Origin: Catajapyx aquilonaris
Lineage: Eukaryota
Assembly (NCBI GenBank): GCA_000934665.2
Contig: JYFJ02002667.1
Location: forward strand, 1 to 53,024
Length of the DNA stretch: 53,024 nucleotides
Reading direction: 5' to 3'
Below are positions 1-13,000 of this stretch, piece by piece (the stretch's first letter is position 1; the number at the start of each line of letters is the position of its first letter). The position numbers were made by a program, and so were the translations under genes. The notes beneath the pieces were generated by a model. That model searched no databases and was not told where the DNA came from. It worked only from the letters and a program-made list of their open reading frames with translations.

Positions 1-192
1 AGAGGGGGTTCATGGACAAGGAAGACGTGTCACGCGAGAGGCACTAGGAGAGCGGACTGTTTTGTTGATAGATGGCGAGCAGTTGTTGCCAGGTTATGGC
101 GTATCGCGTCGTTCCTTGTCTATGAACCCCCTCTAGATGGCGTTTCCGGACACGGGTTCCTATGTCAAAAATACTTGTCTTGGTCACCTCAA
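1..192. mobile_element. MITE (right part), same family and position as 10271-10737
   Basis: AGAGGGGGTTCAT...ATGAACCCCCTCT palindrome and GGACACGGGTTCCTATGTCAAAA arm. Confidence 0.6.
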
Positions 193-1135
193 TTACCGCT
201 GAAAGTCTTTGCAGAGTTACAATAAACACTCCGTATTATACCAGAACTCAAAAGAGTTTATAAATGTGTAAAGAGTGGAAAAACCGATTTCCAGGTGTCG
301 CCTTGTTTGGCCAACATGTTTGGCTGATGGCTCACTACGCGGCGCCAAGGTCGAGCGCTGTCGAGATTAATTTCAATGAAATGTGTTTATTCAATATCAA
401 GAGGCAGACAATTAAGAGTTATTAATCTAAACACAGACAGATATGAGGTCATGTGCGGTTAAGGAACTAATTTTGGACCGGGAACAGATATTCTGCGCAG
501 CTGGCCACCCTGCACCTAACAATACAAATAATTACCTCGTTGTTTGGAAATCATGTTCGAATTCTGAAATGGAACAAGTTCTTTTGCCAACAGTGGGGCC
601 GTAGAGGGTCGGGTGCCGCGTGCTACTTCTGCTGTTGGTGCACAGGTCTCGGACCACATTCTTTTCGTTACCCAAGGACCCTCCATGGCTCTCGAGTTCA
701 CAGGGAGAATGCAGTCAGGGTTGGGCAGGCAGGTGGGCCTCCCAACGGTTGTCAATGGTTCGTCTCAAACAATCGGGTGCATTGATAGGACTGCCAAATT
801 CATGCCTTCATCCTTTGCTTAGTGGGGATATACAAGGAAGAAGGGAGAAGGTATATTATATGTTATAGCAGAACTCTTTGGGCAGGGGTAAGAAGACGAC
901 CTTTGTTGTGCTTTCCCAGCAACCGATTGTTTGCGACCCGTAGCCAACATTTTTGGAGCCCTCCCAACTCCGCCGCGTCGCTGGGTGCGGATAAACGATA
1001 GTCTTTCCAGCTAAAGCTAATCCAGCACCACATTGAACTTGAGCTGTAGGGTTTTTAATGTGAAGAAATGAGGGCAATGTGAATGCACAGAAATGTTCAC
1101 TGAACCTATTGTAAACATGAAGTGTGGTATTTCAG

Positions 1136-4100
1136 CCTGAAGTGATGGAAACAATAGTTGAAGACACGTGTGGGAGTGACTCCGACTTGGACGACAGGAG
1201 TGAAATCCAGGCTGGGGTGGAACCTGCCCCCAAACGCACCATTCCTGAGGAGAGATCAGGAAGGAAGAGGGCGCAAAGAAAGGTGAGATGCGAGTTTGTA
1301 GCAAGACACAAGTTCTGAAACTATTCCTTTTCAGGTGATTGTCCAAGAAGATGAGTCCAGTACAAGAAATTCAAAAGCATCTCGAGAAGTTTTAAATCTC
1401 AGTTTGCTAAATGTAAGAGAACACCTCATCTTGTTGTGATTCCACAGTTGCATTTCCCTTTGCAATGTTAAGTAAAATCCCCGCTTGTTTAGGAGGAGGT
1501 GCCAGCAAGAGTAAGGAAGTCAAATCTGGTTGCTCAGGTCAAGATGACGGAGCAGAGCCAGACAGGCAGTGAGGACGCGATTCTAGCCGATGACCTCAAG
1601 ACTTCCAGTGCAAAGGACAGGGAACCAAAACCAATGGTAAGTCTCATTTTCCGTCATGAACAGGAAGAAATTATGCTTTTAAAAAATATATATGCTACAG
1701 GCCTACCTTGAGCAGATGAGGTCATATTTCCTCTACTTTTAAATATCCTTTCCAGCCGACCTCTGGAAATGGAAAAAGCCATAAGCCAAGCAGCTACTCA
1801 CTGGCCTTCAAGGAAAAGGTGCTTGATGCGTACGAGTTTGGCAATTCCAAATGTCGTCACAATTATGATGCAACTGCAAAGAAGTTTGGAATAAGCAATT
1901 TTGCAGTGAGGTGTTGGGTGAAGACCATGCGGCCTCACCTCCTTGCCTGCAGACAAAAGGAAGATACTGATCAGATATCTAGGAATGGGAAAAGGGTAAG
2001 ATTTGTCAGATTATTAAACAAAAAGGATAAGGACTCAACATCACTCAGAATAATTAGTAAATCAGCCACATGCTTGAGTGCTGCTAAGAAAGAGATCAAT
2101 GTTGGATAGGTACAGTTATGTACTACTGGGATGTTTGTTTTTTCACCTCTTGAATGCAGCCAAACTCCAGGAAACTGCGAATCTCCACGTCATCTCAATA
2201 CTCCCTGGATTTCAAAGAAAAGGTGCTGGAGGCCTACCAGTTTGGTGATTCCACATGTCGTCACAACATGACGGCAACTGCAAGGAAGTTTGGCCTACCC
2301 CATCAAACAGTGTGGCATTGGGTCAAGCTTCTCCAGCTCCGTCTCCTTGCCCAATCAGGCCAGAGTCAGGCCTACAAATCAAGGCGAGGCAATCATGAAT
2401 CTCATGAAATGCAGGTAAATGAACTATTTCTCTTGTCATCATACATTTGTTGGGACTTGCTGAAATGCCAAGACTACGGGCTTCTTGTCTACGGTGTGCA
2501 GTTAATTATTTTGCCAAAAATACAGGGCTCTCACAGGTCAGCAGATGGGCACACATTGTCTAGCGATTCCTCCTGGAGCGGAATGCACTGGCACCACGGG
2601 TGTGGCAGCCTCTCCCAGGCCCCCCAGGAATCCCGTTTTGGTGGTGCAGGGCGCCCACTCCCGGACGACTGCTTCCTGTTCAACAATGTCCTCGAAATGG
2701 CAATTGGGAAGGGGTTTTTTCATAGATCCGAACAGGTAAAAGTCACTGGGAGCCAGTCTGGGGTAGTACGGCAGATGTGGCGTCATCTACACCCGGATCC
2801 ATGGAAAAATCCCTTCACCGACACCATTTCAAGGACATTGTTGACAGTTGTTGACTGTGACCAGTTCTTTTCTTAGCATGTCATGGCAAAAACTATGTAA
2901 ATAATAATGCACATTTTCCTTCTTTTCGGGGAGAAAAATTATATTTTCGTTTGATCTGCTGCCATCCGGGGTCACCCACCTATCAACCACCAAAATATAT
3001 ATTATAATGTACGTTCCTATAATGAATTTTTCTACTCTTTCTAGTACTGTACACTACGCCAATTGTCTCGAATTGCAACAGGAAAGGGGGTTCTAACGTG
3101 TTGGGCCGTTGGTTTTTTTTTTGGTGGGTCGGGAACAGGTACAAATCGTATGATCATCGCGGCTAGAAAAATTACCGAATGTAGGCTTTAAAAAAATAGC
3201 GTGAAATAGCGAGGCGGAAATACTGTCCAAGTGGGGGGTGCACAAGAAGGGGGCATTTTCTGGCGGATTCCGGGTCCCTTGTTCATATGTAGCATTTATT
3301 TGCATATCGTTTTTCGCACTTTTGCAATTAATTGATGCATGTTTTTCCGTGCTTAGCCAGCAGGTTCAAGGCACAATTTATATGGACCAAACAGGCGGTC
3401 AGATTGATGATAGGCACTAAATGCTGCACACTGGCAGTCTGGCATTAGTCTACAAAGGCCGATGCACCGTCGCCAGCGGGCCGCGTCAAGATTTGCATTG
3501 TAAAATAATGAACTATAATAATAAACTACAACAAAAAAAAATCCATGAAAACGCACATATATTTCAATATAAAAATATGACAATGACAAAATAACAGGTG
3601 GTTAAGACAAATCATGACATCACATCCGCCCGCGAAATTCAAACACTACCGTATCACTACCGTAAGCGGTGCGTTGCCATCATTAAATATGGCTGTTACA
3701 AAAAAAATTGAGGGTGATGGAAACTTTCTGACTTCATATTTGGAACCAGCGCATATGAATGCATTAGAAACAGATAACATTGTTCATGTGCCGAATTCCT
3801 TGTTGACTAGTGTAATTTTAGTATGACCCTCCTATTTTTACAAAATAGCATGAACTTTTCCCTGACTGATTTTCCAACCCTAATAATTGGACAGGTGTCA
3901 TTTCGTGGCAATTGCAACACCGACCTGGCCTATTAGGATTTGAAACAATTATTATCAATTATTATGTATCTTACAAGGTTTAGGCGTAACATTGGGAAAT
4001 ATGTGAGTTGAGGGTCACGTTCGAATTCCATCATGAACATGAAGAAATTACATTTTAAAAGAAATGGTGCATCAGGCCTACCTTGAGCAGTGATATTAAC

Positions 4101-7100
4101 TTGACAACTGAACTGAACTGAGGCTGTATGATTTCCTCTACTTTTAAATTTCTGTTGCAGCCGACCTCTGGGAAAGTGACAACCCGTAAGCCACGCTTCT
4201 ACTCACTGCCCTTCAAGGAAAAGGTGCTTGATGTCTACGAGTTTAGCAATTCCAAATGTCGTCACAATGCATATGCAACTGGAAAAAAGTTTGGAGTAAG
4301 TGACTGTACCGTGAGCCGTTGGGTGCAAGCCATGCGACCTCATCTACTTGCCTGCCAACGAAAAGAAGATGCTCATCAGATGTTAGGGAATAGTAAAAAG
4401 GTAAGCCTCATCAGGTAATAATTAAGCAATGAAGAAGATGGATTCAATATTATGGGTAATAATATATTGCTAAATCAGCCACATACATCAGTGCTGGAAA
4501 GATAGCGAAAGATTGTATTGACAATATATTATGTTCTGAGATGTTTGTTTTCCATCTCTCCTGCAGCCAAACTCAGGGGAACTAAAAATCCGCAAGTCAT
4601 ATAATTACTGCCTGGATTTCAAGAGAAAAGTGCTGGAAGCCTACAAGTCTGGTGATTCCAAATGTCATCACAATGCAGCTGCAACTGCAAGGAAGTTTGG
4701 CTTACCACCAATAACAGTGTCGTCTTGGGTGAAGTTTCTCCGACCCAGTCGCCTCGCCCGTTCTGCCCAGAGTCAGGTACGTACCAATCAATGCCAGGCA
4801 GAAAGGAGTACGCCGTGGTTTTCTGTGGTTTCCCACGGTCCTTCCAGGAAAATTCCAGAGTTGCTTCCACAATTAATAGGCCACAGCCGCTTCCTTCCGT
4901 CCCTATCCTATCCTAAAAAGAGCACAATAAAATGAAAGCAAAGAGTTCCAGGCAAAACAAAAATTTCCCCCCTATAGAGCCATCGGCTGATAACGGGGTA
5001 TGAATTATTATTATTATTATTATAAATATAAACCTTGAATTTTCTACGACCTTTGCAGGAAATCAACAAGAGTGTGAAAAGACAGAGATCACACTCTCTG
5101 GACTTTAAAAATAAAGTTCTGGATGCCTATGAGTTTGGTGATTCCCCATGTCGTCACAACCAGAACGCAACTGCAAGGAAGTTTGACTTGAGCCAGGGAT
5201 TGTTGTGGATATGGCTGAAGCAGCTCCGACCCCGTCTCCTTTCCCGTTCAGCCCAAGGTCAGATGCACCAATCAAGAGGAGACGCTGATGAAAGAACAAG
5301 TGGCAATCCAAGTGTAAGAAATTGACTCTTATGGTTACTCACTGTCAGTGATGACAGAAAAAATGGAGATTCCCAGATTATTTTCTCTTCACTTACTTAA
5401 GAGCCTTTCACAATCGTTCAGGGGGTGGTGAGGGGTGGGTGATCGGGAGGGGTTTGGGCTGGAGGGGAGGAAAGACCGTACCTATAAGACTCGAGGATTA
5501 TAGGTCCGGCTTTTCCTCCCCTCCCGCCCAAACCCATCCTGATTACCTCACCACCACCTGGACAATAGCGAAAGGCTCTTAAGTAAGTGAACAGACAATA
5601 ACAAGGGACGTGCATGTTTGACCTAACATTGACAACTAATATTTCTGATAACCATGTGACAGGTACCTACTCCTTATACATTTTTAAAAAACATGCTAAC
5701 CCCTACGAAGAATCCACTTTGAACATGCTCAAGTCTCTCGGTTAAGCAAGTGTTTCTCGTGGAAGAAAAGTGGCTGTAAAGATGGGTCGCAATTCCTTTT
5801 CAAAGGCCTCGCTGCATTGTTGTCTGCTTTCCAGGAAGAGGATATATATTCTAAAACTAATCCTTTTCAGGCCAATGTCCAAGAAGATGACCGCAGCACA
5901 ACAAACTCAAAACCATCTCGACATGTTTCAAAACCCAGGCTGCAAAATGTAAGAACATTTGGACAGTGCTCTGCAATAATGAGTCAACCCGCATGAGAAC
6001 ATTGTTGTGAGAAAAGGGCTTTGAAGGTCACACCTCACTTGGAATTAATTCAGTGTCCTTTTCGGTCATTCATGGCAGATTTCGCTTGCTAGATTTTAAC
6101 TTGATCAAGTGCGATCCTTTGGGCATCCTGGGATTAGCTCAATTTCGACATTTTTGTTGGTTGACACTTTATTCTATGACACCTTCCATTTCGTCAGGAG
6201 TGACTTATTGCTGATTGGAGAGTTGCATTTCTCTCGACAAATTTGAGTGAATTCCATGCCCGTTTAGGTGGAGGTGCCAACAAGTGGAAGGAAATCAAAA
6301 CTGGTTGTTCAAGTTAAGATGAAGGAACAGAGTCAGGGAGACAGTGAGGACGCGATCACCGATGATGGCCTCAAGACATCCGGTGCAAAGGACAAGGAAC
6401 CAAAACGAATGGTAAGACTCATTTTCTGTCATGAACAGGATGAAATTACTTTAAAAAAACTATGCCAACTGAGGCTGTAAGATTTACTCTACGTACTTTC
6501 AAATATCTGTTGTAGCCGACCTCTGGGAAAGGGACAATGCGTAAAAGCAAAGGCTACTCACTGCCTTTCAAGAATAGAGTGCTAGATGTCTACGAGTTTC
6601 ACAATTCAGAATGTCGTCACAATATAAATGCAACTGCTAAGAGGTTTGGAATGAGCTTTAGTGTTGTGAGCCGTTGGGTGAAAGCCATGCGACCTCACCT
6701 CCTTGCCTGCCATCCAAAGGAAGATGCTGATCGGACGTCAAGCAATGGGACAAAGGTAAGCCTCATCAGGTTATTAAGCAATGAGGATGTGGACTCAAGG
6801 TCATTGGAAATAATTACGAAAGCTGCTGTATACTTGAGTCCTTGAAGGAAAACGAGATCAATGTTGGATAGACAGGTATGTTCAAAGTTGTTTATTCTCT
6901 TTTGTCTTCGTCTTTTGCAGTCAAACGTAAGCAGTCTGCATATCCGCACATCATCTAAATACTCCCTTGCTTTCAAGAGAAAAGTGCTGGAGGCCTACCA
7001 CTTTGATGATTCCACATGTTGTAACAATGTGTCTGCAACTGCAAGGAAGTTTGGCTTGCCACCAATAACAGTGTGGCAGTGGGTCAAGGTTCTCCAGCCC

Positions 7101-7792
7101 CGTCTCCTTGCCCGATCAGGCCAGAGTCAGGCCTACAAATTAAGACGAGGCAATCATGAATCTCATGGAATGAGGGTAAAGGAACTATTTTTATTATCAT
7201 CATACATTCGTTGGGACTCGCTGAAATGCCAAATTCTTGTCTACGGTGTGCAGTTTTTTTCCCCCCCCTTTTGCTCCTTTGTCTCTTCTCGACGTAAAGA
7301 TGAGTTTTCTTGTGAGCGATTTGATCGCCGAGCGGTAACATCGCTGAGTAACCTGAGTAACCTGTGTTGTTGGAGGAGAAAATCGATTGTGACTGTCGAT
7401 GATTTAATTAAATTGGTAACCTCTACAAACATTCGACATTGAGAACATGCTCTAATTTTGTGTTCGGTAGTAGACTAGAGTAATTGCAAACTGGAAAGTC
7501 GCATGATCTTATTGTTATTTTTCGTTCCCTTCCCGTTCAGCCTGCCCAGAAGGAAGCGGAACCCTCCGGGTCCCTCACCCAGTCGATGGACCTGAAGAGG
7601 AAGGTGCTGGACGCATTCGAGTTTGGAGATTCCTCGTGTCGTCACAACCTGGAAGCAACTGCCAGGAAATTCTGTCTCAGCACCACCACAGTGTGGTACT
7701 GGATCAGATACATTCGACCCCACCTCCTCTCCAAGAGTCAGATGAACCCGCCAAGTCAACACTCTGATGAAAGGAATGTTGGTACAAAGTAA
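1136..7792 (+). CDS. Gene A (5' end outside window): multi-exon poly-Brinker-DBD protein, 8 HTH domains
   Basis: AG/GT-bounded phase-0 exons: 1136-1282, 1335-1412, 1493-1636, 1756-1995, 2160-2414, 4161-4400, 4567-4776, 5059-5313, 5871-5948, 6268-6411, 6516-6755, 6921-7175, 7541-7792 (stop). All lengths are multiples of 3 and open. Repeated YSLxFKxKVLxxYxxxxSxCRHNxxATARKFGxxxxxVxxWVK matches the Brinker DBD pattern. Confidence 0.8.
1756..1995 (+). CDS. BrkDBD exon A1 (type I)
   Basis: 240 nt AG/GT exon; helix GISNFAVRCWVK. Confidence 0.8.
2160..2414 (+). CDS. BrkDBD exon A2 (type II)
   Basis: 255 nt; GLPHQTVWHWVK. Confidence 0.8.
2520..2870 (-). mobile_element. Mariner transposase C-terminal fragment
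   Basis: PHLPYYPRLAPSDFYLFGSMK resembles mariner HPPYSPDLAPSD(F/Y)HLF. Confidence 0.8.
4161..4400 (+). CDS. BrkDBD exon A3 (type I)
   Basis: 240 nt; GVSDCTVSRWVQ. Confidence 0.8.
4567..4776 (+). CDS. BrkDBD exon A4 (type II)
   Basis: 210 nt, donor CAG|GTACGT; GLPPITVSSWVK. Confidence 0.75.
4813..5023 (+). mobile_element. 5'-truncated SINE
   Basis: Matches body and tail of SINE 8522-8826; (TTA)n tail. Confidence 0.75.
5059..5313 (+). CDS. BrkDBD exon A5
   Basis: 255 nt; DLSQGLLWIWLK. Confidence 0.78.
5378..5600. mobile_element. MITE-like inverted repeat (copies at ~16312-16470 and ~21850-22065)
   Basis: TTCACTTACTTAAGAGCC...GGCTCTTAAGTAAGTGAA inverted arms. Confidence 0.6.
6516..6755 (+). 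CDS. BrkDBD exon A6 (type I)
   Basis: 240 nt; GMSFSVVSRWVK. Confidence 0.8.
6921..7175 (+). CDS. BrkDBD exon A7 (type II)
   Basis: 255 nt; GLPPITVWQWVK. Confidence 0.8.
7541..7792 (+). CDS. BrkDBD exon A8 (invariant terminal domain)
   Basis: DLKRKVLDAFEFGDSSCRHNLEATARKFCLSTTTVWYWIR, ends in TAA. Confidence 0.8.
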   Translation, partial: PAQKEAEPSGSLTQSMDLKRKVLDAFEFGDSSCRHNLEATARKFCLSTTTVWYWIRYIRPHLLSKSQMNPPSQHSDERNVGTK

Positions 7793-8103
7793 ACAAAACT
7801 CTAAATGCAATGTGCAATTAGTTTGAGACATCGGGACCGCAATGTGACGGACAGATCTATTCCGTAAGACATTTTTTCGATTGTGCGTGATAATTACTTC
7901 ACCCTGTACAGCAGACTTCACTTATAACAGACGTCAAGGGATGGCGGAAATTAGTCTCCTCTAACAGGGTCTGTCATAGCGTAACACACAGGACAGATGT
8001 GGTGTGCAGATATGCTGGGACCAACCTTTTCAGGTTGTTGTAACCAAGGGTATTATATCTAGAGTCAACTGTACTAGAACTGAATGTATTAAAATTGTAT
8101 CAT

Positions 8104-8205
8104 GCACATCAATTGCGCTGCTCCAACTGCAAGACATGCACCACATCTGTGTGGCGAAGGAACAATGGCAAGCCAGTGTGCTATGCTTGCGGACAGTACA
8201 CGTGA
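8104..8205 (+). pseudogene. GATA-type zinc-finger exon relic behind gene A
   Basis: [30 protein letters not shown]; acceptor AG mutated to AT; 3' part deleted relative to B/D. Confidence 0.7.
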
Positions 8206-8521
8206 AGTGGTGATCCCCTGCTTCATTGTTGTTTGATGTTGTACCATTTTCGTGCCTTTGTATTTTATACGGATCATGTGATGTTAATTATGAGAACGAA
8301 GACTGCTTCCCGAGGGTGCTGGAATGATCTCACTCAGCCAGTAAATAGGGTACTTGCTCTGTTATTTCCCAAATAAAAATAATTCCAAGAAGTTCTTACA
8401 GGAGGAACATTTATTCACTGCTTCGCAACAGCTTGGCTAACAGCACTGCCAATGTTATCTCACTAAAATGCATTGAGTGGAAGGCTTTTCACACCAGTTG
8501 TTCAGAATATCCATTGGTGAC

Positions 8522-8826
8522 AACCGAAGCAGTTTGGTGGAGTGGATAAGGTTTTCGACTGCTAATCGGGAGGTCCTGGGTTCGAGCCCCGGGGCCAGAA
8601 ATCCTAACCGTGGTTTTCTGTGATTTCCCACGGTCCCCCCAGGAGAATTCCGGGGTTGCTTCCTAAATAATTAGGCCACAGCCGCTTCCTTCCAACCCTA
8701 TCCTATCCCAAAAAGCAAAGTAAAAAATTAAAGCGAAGAGTTCCAGTCAAAACAAAATTGGGATGTACTCCGCTCCCCCCTAAAGAGCCTCCAGCTGATA
8801 ACGGGGGTATGAATTTTTATTATATT
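8522..8826 (+). mobile_element. Full-length tRNA-derived SINE
   Basis: A-box TGGTGGAGTGG, B-box GGTTCGAGCCC (8579), AT-rich tail, 16-bp TSD AATATCCATTGGTGAC at 8506-8521 and 8827-8842. Confidence 0.9.
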
Positions 8827-9374
8827 AATATCCATTGGTGACCACAAGAAGATGTCTTGTCGCCTCTTTTGGCCACTTGCTACCTTCATTTCTTCAACCT
8901 GACTACAACCAGGACTGTGACCTTGACCTTCCAACTGCAGCATGGATTGTTCCTCCAGTCCACCTCATCACATCACAAACAGTAATAGAGCTGTTGTGTT
9001 TTTACCATCATTTACTGCATACGTGTAAGCTGCATGAAAGTGTGACAAGGAGTTGGGTTTGTCATGAAAGCCTCCTCCTGCTGTCGCCATATATGCTTAG
9101 CGGACGATTTGGGAAGAAATTAACTGATGGGCATAACTGACAGCCTTTGGGTTGGTCAGAAGCATGTTCTCCAAGTTAATGTGTTGCCGGTACGTAAAAG
9201 ATGGCAGTGGGATTGGTTACCTATAATAAGTGGCGTAACTGGTGGTTAACCCTGGAAGCGTGCTGTGAGGTCCTTTAGGACTCCACGCCATGTTTTAATT
9301 TTTATGTAAGGAAGGAGGCCCTGTTTTCACCTGCACTAATCAGCTTTTCCCATTTAATTTCCACACTCTTTTTA

Positions 9375-9631
9375 AATATTGGACCAGTTCGAATAATCCC
9401 GCCAGATGACGATGGACACACACTATCGGTATCGTTAGTGAGGTGATGGACGATTGCCGGGTAGGTCTTGATCGATACCATCTTCCCTCCAAGCTTGTCT
9501 CGCCTTGTTCCATCTTTTCTTCCTCCTCCTCCTTCTCCTCCGGACCTCCTGAAGAGAGTCTTCTTCTTGTCTGGTGAGTGTGGCTTCCTCTTGCCCATCT
9601 GGGGAATTACATTGTTTGGGCATGTGCACAG
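9375..9631 (+). promoter_or_regulatory. Putative promoter / 5'UTR exon and short intron of gene B
   Basis: Conserved with C and D; DRE-like GATCGATA at 9470; donor GTGAGT 9574, acceptor CACAG 9631. Confidence 0.5.
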
Positions 9632-9650
9632 GTGGAGACCTGCAGAGGGG

Positions 9651-10010
9651 ATGATGAGCCTCCAGCCGCATCATGGACCAAGCCTGATGGCCACCGAAGA
9701 AGGGCAGTTCAGGTGCGTCTACTGCCTGGACGCCACCTTCAGGACCAGGCTGCAGCTGAGGGCACACCAGTTCGTACACGGGCCCAGGGACGAGGTCAAG
9801 GTGGAGCCAGAGGAGGATGCGGCACAGGGAAGGGTGGTCGTCGTAACAACGGAGGAGGAGAGGCCAACTGGAGGAGGGGATCAGCCGCACCAGAAGGAGG
9901 AAGAGTCCGTCTTGAACTCTGGTGGTGGTGACCCTCCAGGAGAAGCTGAACCTTCATTCGAATTCATTTCCATTGACGGCTGGCCTGGACAGAACAGGGC
10001 ACGTGCAGAG
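9651..10010 (+). CDS. Gene B first coding exon: C2H2 zinc finger + acidic region
   Basis: FRCVYCLDATFRTRLQLRAHQFVH (C-x2-C-x13-H-x3-H), then VKVEPE; donor GAG|GTAACC. Confidence 0.8.
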
Positions 10011-13000
10011 GTAACCTTCGTGGCGGTGAGGCGAAAATGGCAACCCTTCAGTACATTGTGTGTCCAGGTCACTATTGCCTGTTTAAATATAAACCCTACT
10101 GATGGGGTCGTAGCCTGCATGTAAAAAGTCGTCCTTATTTTTAAATGCGTTTTGGTGCTTTTTGTTTGAAGAAATCAATATTAGTTTTCGAGCTATGATT
10201 GATCTAAAATCATAATAATTATACGGTATTGTATTGCCCTCTCACTTCATGCTCAAACTTGTAGGGGTGATAGAGGGGACCAAGACAAGAATTTTTGACA
10301 TAGGAACCCGTGTCCGGAAACGCCATCTAGAGGGGGTTCATAGACAAGGAACGGGTGCGCTACTCAGGCTCGTCAGGCAAGAGGTGCTAGTCGAGCAGAC
10401 TGTTTTGTTGATAGGTGGCGTGCAGTTGTTGCCAGGTTATGGCGTATCGCGTAGTCACGTGGCGTCGTTGTAAAACAAACAACAACGGGACAAGCCATAA
10501 CCTGGCAACAACAGAACCGCTGTTGACTCTCCGCGCGTCTCCCAGGAGGCGGACTTTAGTTGCTAGATGGCTCTGCTGTTGCCAGGTTATGGCACATCGC
10601 ATCGTTGGTTACTATCCAAGCGCAATCTATCAACAAAACAGTCCGCCTCCCGCGTGACGCTTCTGAGCGCATCCCCTCTGGATGGCGTCTCCGGACACGG
10701 GTTCCTATGTCAAAAACACTTGTCTTGGTCCCCTCTATTACGGTACCACTGAAAGTCTTTGCAGAGTTACAATAAACACCCTGTATTATACCAGAACTCA
10801 AAAGAGTTTATAAATGTGTAACGAGTGGAAAAACCGGTTTCCAGATGTCGCCTTGGTAAGGGTGCAGTTTAGAGCCGCAAATGTCTTCCAGGTTTCTATA
10901 TATTTTCTGAATCTACTCGATGAGATGAGTCGAATGACACTATTCCTAGTGTGCGGAAATGCTTGGTGCAGGAGTAATTGAATTTTGAAATTGCAAGTAA
11001 TAACAATGAATAAATGAAAATAAACAAGTGTTCCTTTGTTGAAACAGTTTACTCCCATTGTTGAGTGAATGAATATCCGTGGTAATTTTAAACGTAGTTT
11101 GGGGGTTGTGTGTTCGCAGAAATACTGTCCGCCTTGTGGTGCCGTAGATGTGGGTGTTGCGGATGTGGATGTGGCAAAGCCACAATAACGTTCGTTGGCC
11201 TGCGGCGCCACAAGACGGCCAGTCAATGTTGCGGATACAGAAACCCACAATAAGCGCCCAGCTCCGCTTTCGCTCCGCAAAAACTAAAAATATCACGCAC
11301 AGGCGACGTACCGTGCCTGGCAGGGCCACAAGACGGACAGTACTGGTACAGTCACACCAACGCCTCACAGATAACACCAACACAATCAGAGTGGGGCATG
11401 CCTTGAGTAAAAGCTTAGGATTCATTTTGTTGGCGGGCAAGAGGCCTCGAGCAGTGGCCCAGGAGATACCAAGCAACCTCCCTCATTACTTCCAGGAAGG
11501 CTTGCCCAATTATTCCTGATAAGCACCGATGCAATGCCTTGGCCATGGACGCTCCTGAATGATGTTAAATTAAACTCCTACACTCTCGTTCCAACGAACC
11601 AAGAGCAACCGTTTATTTACATCATTCAGCATCCCTCACAGCTCGTTTCCACGGAGAATCACCTGACGCAACAATGGTAGTGAACAGTCTCAACAAAGGA
11701 ACACTTGTTTACTTTCATTTTATTCATTGTTATCACATGCAATTTCAAAATTCAATTACTCTTGAACCACACATTTCCGCACACTAGGGATAGTGTCATT
11801 CGACTCAGCTCATCGAGTAGATTCAGAAAATGTATAGAAACCTGCAAGATTTTTGCGGCTCTAAACTGCACCCAAGCCGTCGCCTTTTTTGGCCACTTGT
11901 TTGGTCAACGTGTTTGGTTGTCGGCCACTACGCGGCGCCACCGTCGAGTGCTGTCGAGATGAATTTCAATCAAATATGTTGATTTAATATCAAGAGGCAC
12001 ATAATTAAGAGTTATTAATCTAAACACTGACCGATATGAGGTCATGTGCGGTTAAGGAACTAATTTTGGACCGGAAACTGATGCTCAGGGCAGCTGGCCA
12101 CCCTGCACCTAACAATACAAATAATTACCTCAGCCTCGTTGTTTAGAAATCACGTTCGAATTTCGAAATGGAACAAGTTCCTTTGCCGACAATGGGGCTG
12201 TAGAGGGTTGGGTGCCGCGCGCTACTACTGCTGTTCGCGCACAGGGTCTCGGACCACATTCTTTTCGTTACCAAAGGACCCTCCACGGCTCTCGAGTTCA
12301 CAGGGAGAACGCTGTCAGGGTTGGGCAGGCAGGTGGGCCTCCCAACGGTTGTCAATGGTTCGTCTCAAACAATCGGGTGCATTGATAGGACTGCCAAATT
12401 CATGCCTTCATCCTTTGCGTAGTTAGTGGGGATATACAAGGAAGAAGGGAGGATTGAAAGTCCAGGTCACGTGGTTATGGAAATCATTGACGAAACCATA
12501 ATCGGTTACTGTTTGCATCCTTCACGCTTTCTTTTATCGTGACATACGTGGGCGAGTTACAATGGGGTTAAAGCTGTGGGATACAATCATCAATTAACTG
12601 TTAGCCGCACTCTCCACTTTGTGGATCCTGTGACTTGCGCAAACACTCGAGCAATCCAGTCGCAAGCTTGAAAGAAAAAGTAGGGAAGGGTGGAGTACCA
12701 AAGGCCACTTCTTTCCCTTCACTTGGCCAAGTTTCAATGGCGGAGGGAGATGAGAAGAACAGGAACTGATCCATTCATGGGATTCAAGTCTGTGGGCTGT
12801 CTTCTGGTTGTTACGTGGAACTCTGCTTTATTCTTGTTTTCGGGTCTTCAGGGGATTCTATTCGGGACAGATTTTGAGGTGATTATAAGATGGAATAGCC
12901 TTTGTGTTGGTGATGCTGTATGGCTTTTTGTCACCGCAACAGTACTGTCCCAGCACTCATCTTATCAGTTCGCATGGCACGAGTAAGAAGACGCCCTTTG

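Noticed and set aside
2415..2876. C-terminal parts of long ORFs 2154-2876, 23485-24096 and ORF 25021-25689
   Set aside because: Read-through into introns and the antisense strand of mariner relics.
2880..3690. Unique intronic insertion(s), also ~37610-38450 and ~43841-45206
   Set aside because: Probably TE-derived, but I could not define convincing termini or coding motifs to classify them.
5825..5850. Linker exon in gene A
   Set aside because: Body deleted relative to 16690-16812; only the acceptor and a few bases remain.
7475..7921. Minus-strand ORFs over conserved exons (also 9435-9890, 32573-32947, 50130-50450)
   Set aside because: Antisense shadows of + strand exons with no independent coding signal.
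8529..8600. tRNA gene
   Set aside because: The tRNA-like head continues into a SINE body with tail and TSD.
10400..10600. Repeated GTTGCCAGGTTATGGC units as a CRISPR-like array
   Set aside because: Few copies, mixed orientation, inside a MITE, eukaryotic context, no cas genes.
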